Below, one piece after another: positions 61,986 through 64,000 of a stretch of 64,000 bases of DNA (position 1 is its first letter; each line of letters begins with the position of its first letter). The DNA is taken from contig OZ024754.1 of assembly GCA_964016885.1 (NCBI GenBank), forward strand, positions 46,004,001 to 46,068,000. Direction: 5' to 3'. The notes below the pieces were generated by a model. That model saw only the letters and a list, made by a program, of their open reading frames with translations, ran no database searches and had not been told where the DNA came from. The position numbers and the translations under genes are program-made. The stretch comes from Eledone cirrhosa (taxonomy: Eukaryota).

Positions 61986-62477
61986 TATAACAAAGGAATA
62001 TATAAAATCCATGGGTCCGAAAATCAGAGACAGAGAGGACGACTTACCAACTAGCTGCTTTCACCTCGGTCAGTCGCCCTCAAGTGATGGCAACTCGGTC
62101 TACTAATGACCATCTGGTGAGTGGGCGAAGGCTTATAATGTACTACCACCTCTCCGTCAGAGAATAAAAAGAGAAGAAAGAGAGAAAGAAAGAAGAAAAG
62201 TCAATGTAAGGGTCACACTACAGTCATGCTAGAAAACGCCGCGAAAAATGTTATTCCAAAGAACCTGTTTTAACAAAGGCATATATATGGGTGTCTGTAT
62301 GGTCTAATGTGTGAACAGAAAATTGGAACGTTAACTTATGTTAAGAGTTATAGGATGAAATTAAATTATTAGAAAATTAATAGAAAATTAAAGGTTTGTG
62401 TTGCGAGATTTATTTAATGAAATTACAGAGAGAGTCTTATATGAAAAAGTTTAAGTGTATTATAGGGAATTGACTAA

Positions 62478-62529
<52 letters not shown>

Positions 62530-62530
<1 letters not shown>

Positions 62531-62657
62531 TAAGTTATTCCGGGTTGAATCGGAGGTAACCACAGTAAGTAAGGTACTCAATACATAGCAGAGTATAAAA
62601 GTTTTAATATAGATGAGATTCTACAGGACTAGAACTGTTTCATTCTTTAGAAATCAT
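62530..62657 (-). mobile_element. Third copy of the 58.3-kb pLTR family, truncated inside the hammerhead core
   Basis: ggtaaccacagtaagtaaggtactcaatac...ctacaggactagaactgtttcattctttagaaatcat ends where atcatcag would continue. (TA)n on both sides. Confidence 0.85.
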
Positions 62658-62712
62658 ATATATACATATGCATATACGTAAATATATAATATATATATAT
62701 ATATATACATAC

Positions 62713-62831
<119 letters not shown>

Positions 62832-62929
62832 CGTGCGTGTGTGTGCGTGTGTGCGTGTGTGTGTGTATGTATGTGTATGTGTGTGTATGTATGTGTATGT
62901 GTGTGTAATGGTGTTTGTGTGTAAAGAGG

Positions 62930-63238
62930 TGAAATCGTGTAGTTTAGTGGTTAGGGTCTTTGGCTGTTGATCGAAATATGGTGAGTTAGATTTTCGTGTT
63001 ACGTCCTGTCCTTGAGCAAGACACATTATTTCACGTTGCTTCAGTCCATTGAAATGGTACGAGTTGCAACTATAATCGAAAGGGCCGCCCTTGTTATACA
63101 CTGTATAATGTTGAATCTCCCTCAGAACTAAATTAAGGGTGCACGTGTCTGTGATATTCTCACTCACGTTAATTTCATGGATAACTTGTTTGTTTGTTCG
63201 AGAAACTGAAACACTCGTCGTCTGTACCGACGGAGGTT
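62930..63238 (+). mobile_element. tRNA-derived SINE, shared core, tail type C, full length
   Basis: A-box gtagtttagtggttagg; core gtccttgagcaagacac..tatttcacgttgct; tail ...ctcgtcgtctgtaccgacggag. Confidence 0.8.
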
Positions 63239-63511
63239 CTTCATACATTCATTTAAGAATATAATTTAGTGTGTGTGTGTGTGTGTGTGTGTCTGCGTTA
63301 ATATGATGGTCCCTCTATTTGCGGTCGTATGTGTTGTGTGTGCGTCTGTGTTAATTATATGTATATGTATTCAACATAATACATACATATGAACATGCAT
63401 GCATAAACACACACATACATATATATACTGACACACACACACATACATACACACATACATATATATACTGACATACATACATAGATACATACATATATAT
63501 ACTGACATACA

Positions 63512-63574
<63 letters not shown>

Positions 63575-63675
63575 GCATATATATATACTGACATACATAC
63601 ATACATATATACATACATATACTGACATACATACATACATACATACATACATACATACATACATACATACATACA

Positions 63676-63711
<36 letters not shown>

Positions 63712-63869
63712 CTGACATACATACATACATATATACATACATACATGAGGGGAGTGTTGGCAGAGATATTATGTTGTCGTTGTTTGTTTACATTAAAATT
63801 TAAATATACATTTGAATTAAATTAAGCATATATTCATCTGTGTGAATAATTAGATAGATTTATTTGTAA

Positions 63870-63912
<43 letters not shown>

Positions 63913-63926
63913 TGTTTATGTGTGTG

Positions 63927-63973
<47 letters not shown>

Positions 63974-64000
63974 GTATGTATACATATATATATATATATA

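Overview
This is AT-rich, microsatellite-saturated, non-genic eukaryotic DNA with a 200-N gap at 33038-33237. The repeat repertoire resembles an octopus (coleoid cephalopod) genome, which is an inference from the SINE and simple-repeat content. I cannot support any intact host gene, and almost all listed ORFs are translations of (TA)n, (CA)n, (GA)n, (TACA)n or triplet repeats. Recognisable content: about 20 tRNA-derived SINE copies of several families; a frameshifted Penelope-like element (PLE) RT-thumb/GIY-YIG remnant (46501-47240); an RTE LINE 3' end (10732-11020); four copies of a short RTE-derived element embedded in (ACAT)n; a Helitron helicase remnant (36905-37360); and several minisatellites. 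The most striking signal is a set of fold-back palindromes made from PLE pseudo-LTR-like sequence (175-317, 19914-19995, 23149-23296, 45454-45500, 47741-48341, 58319-58686), most lying at (TA)n tracts. The two largest each carry a pair of outward-facing hammerhead ribozyme motifs, and three smaller ones appear to fold back at or next to the hammerhead stem II. Further isolated hammerhead motifs of other families occur at about 19661, 41856, 57775 and 61935. All ribozyme calls come from manual motif and base-pair inspection, not from a covariance-model search.
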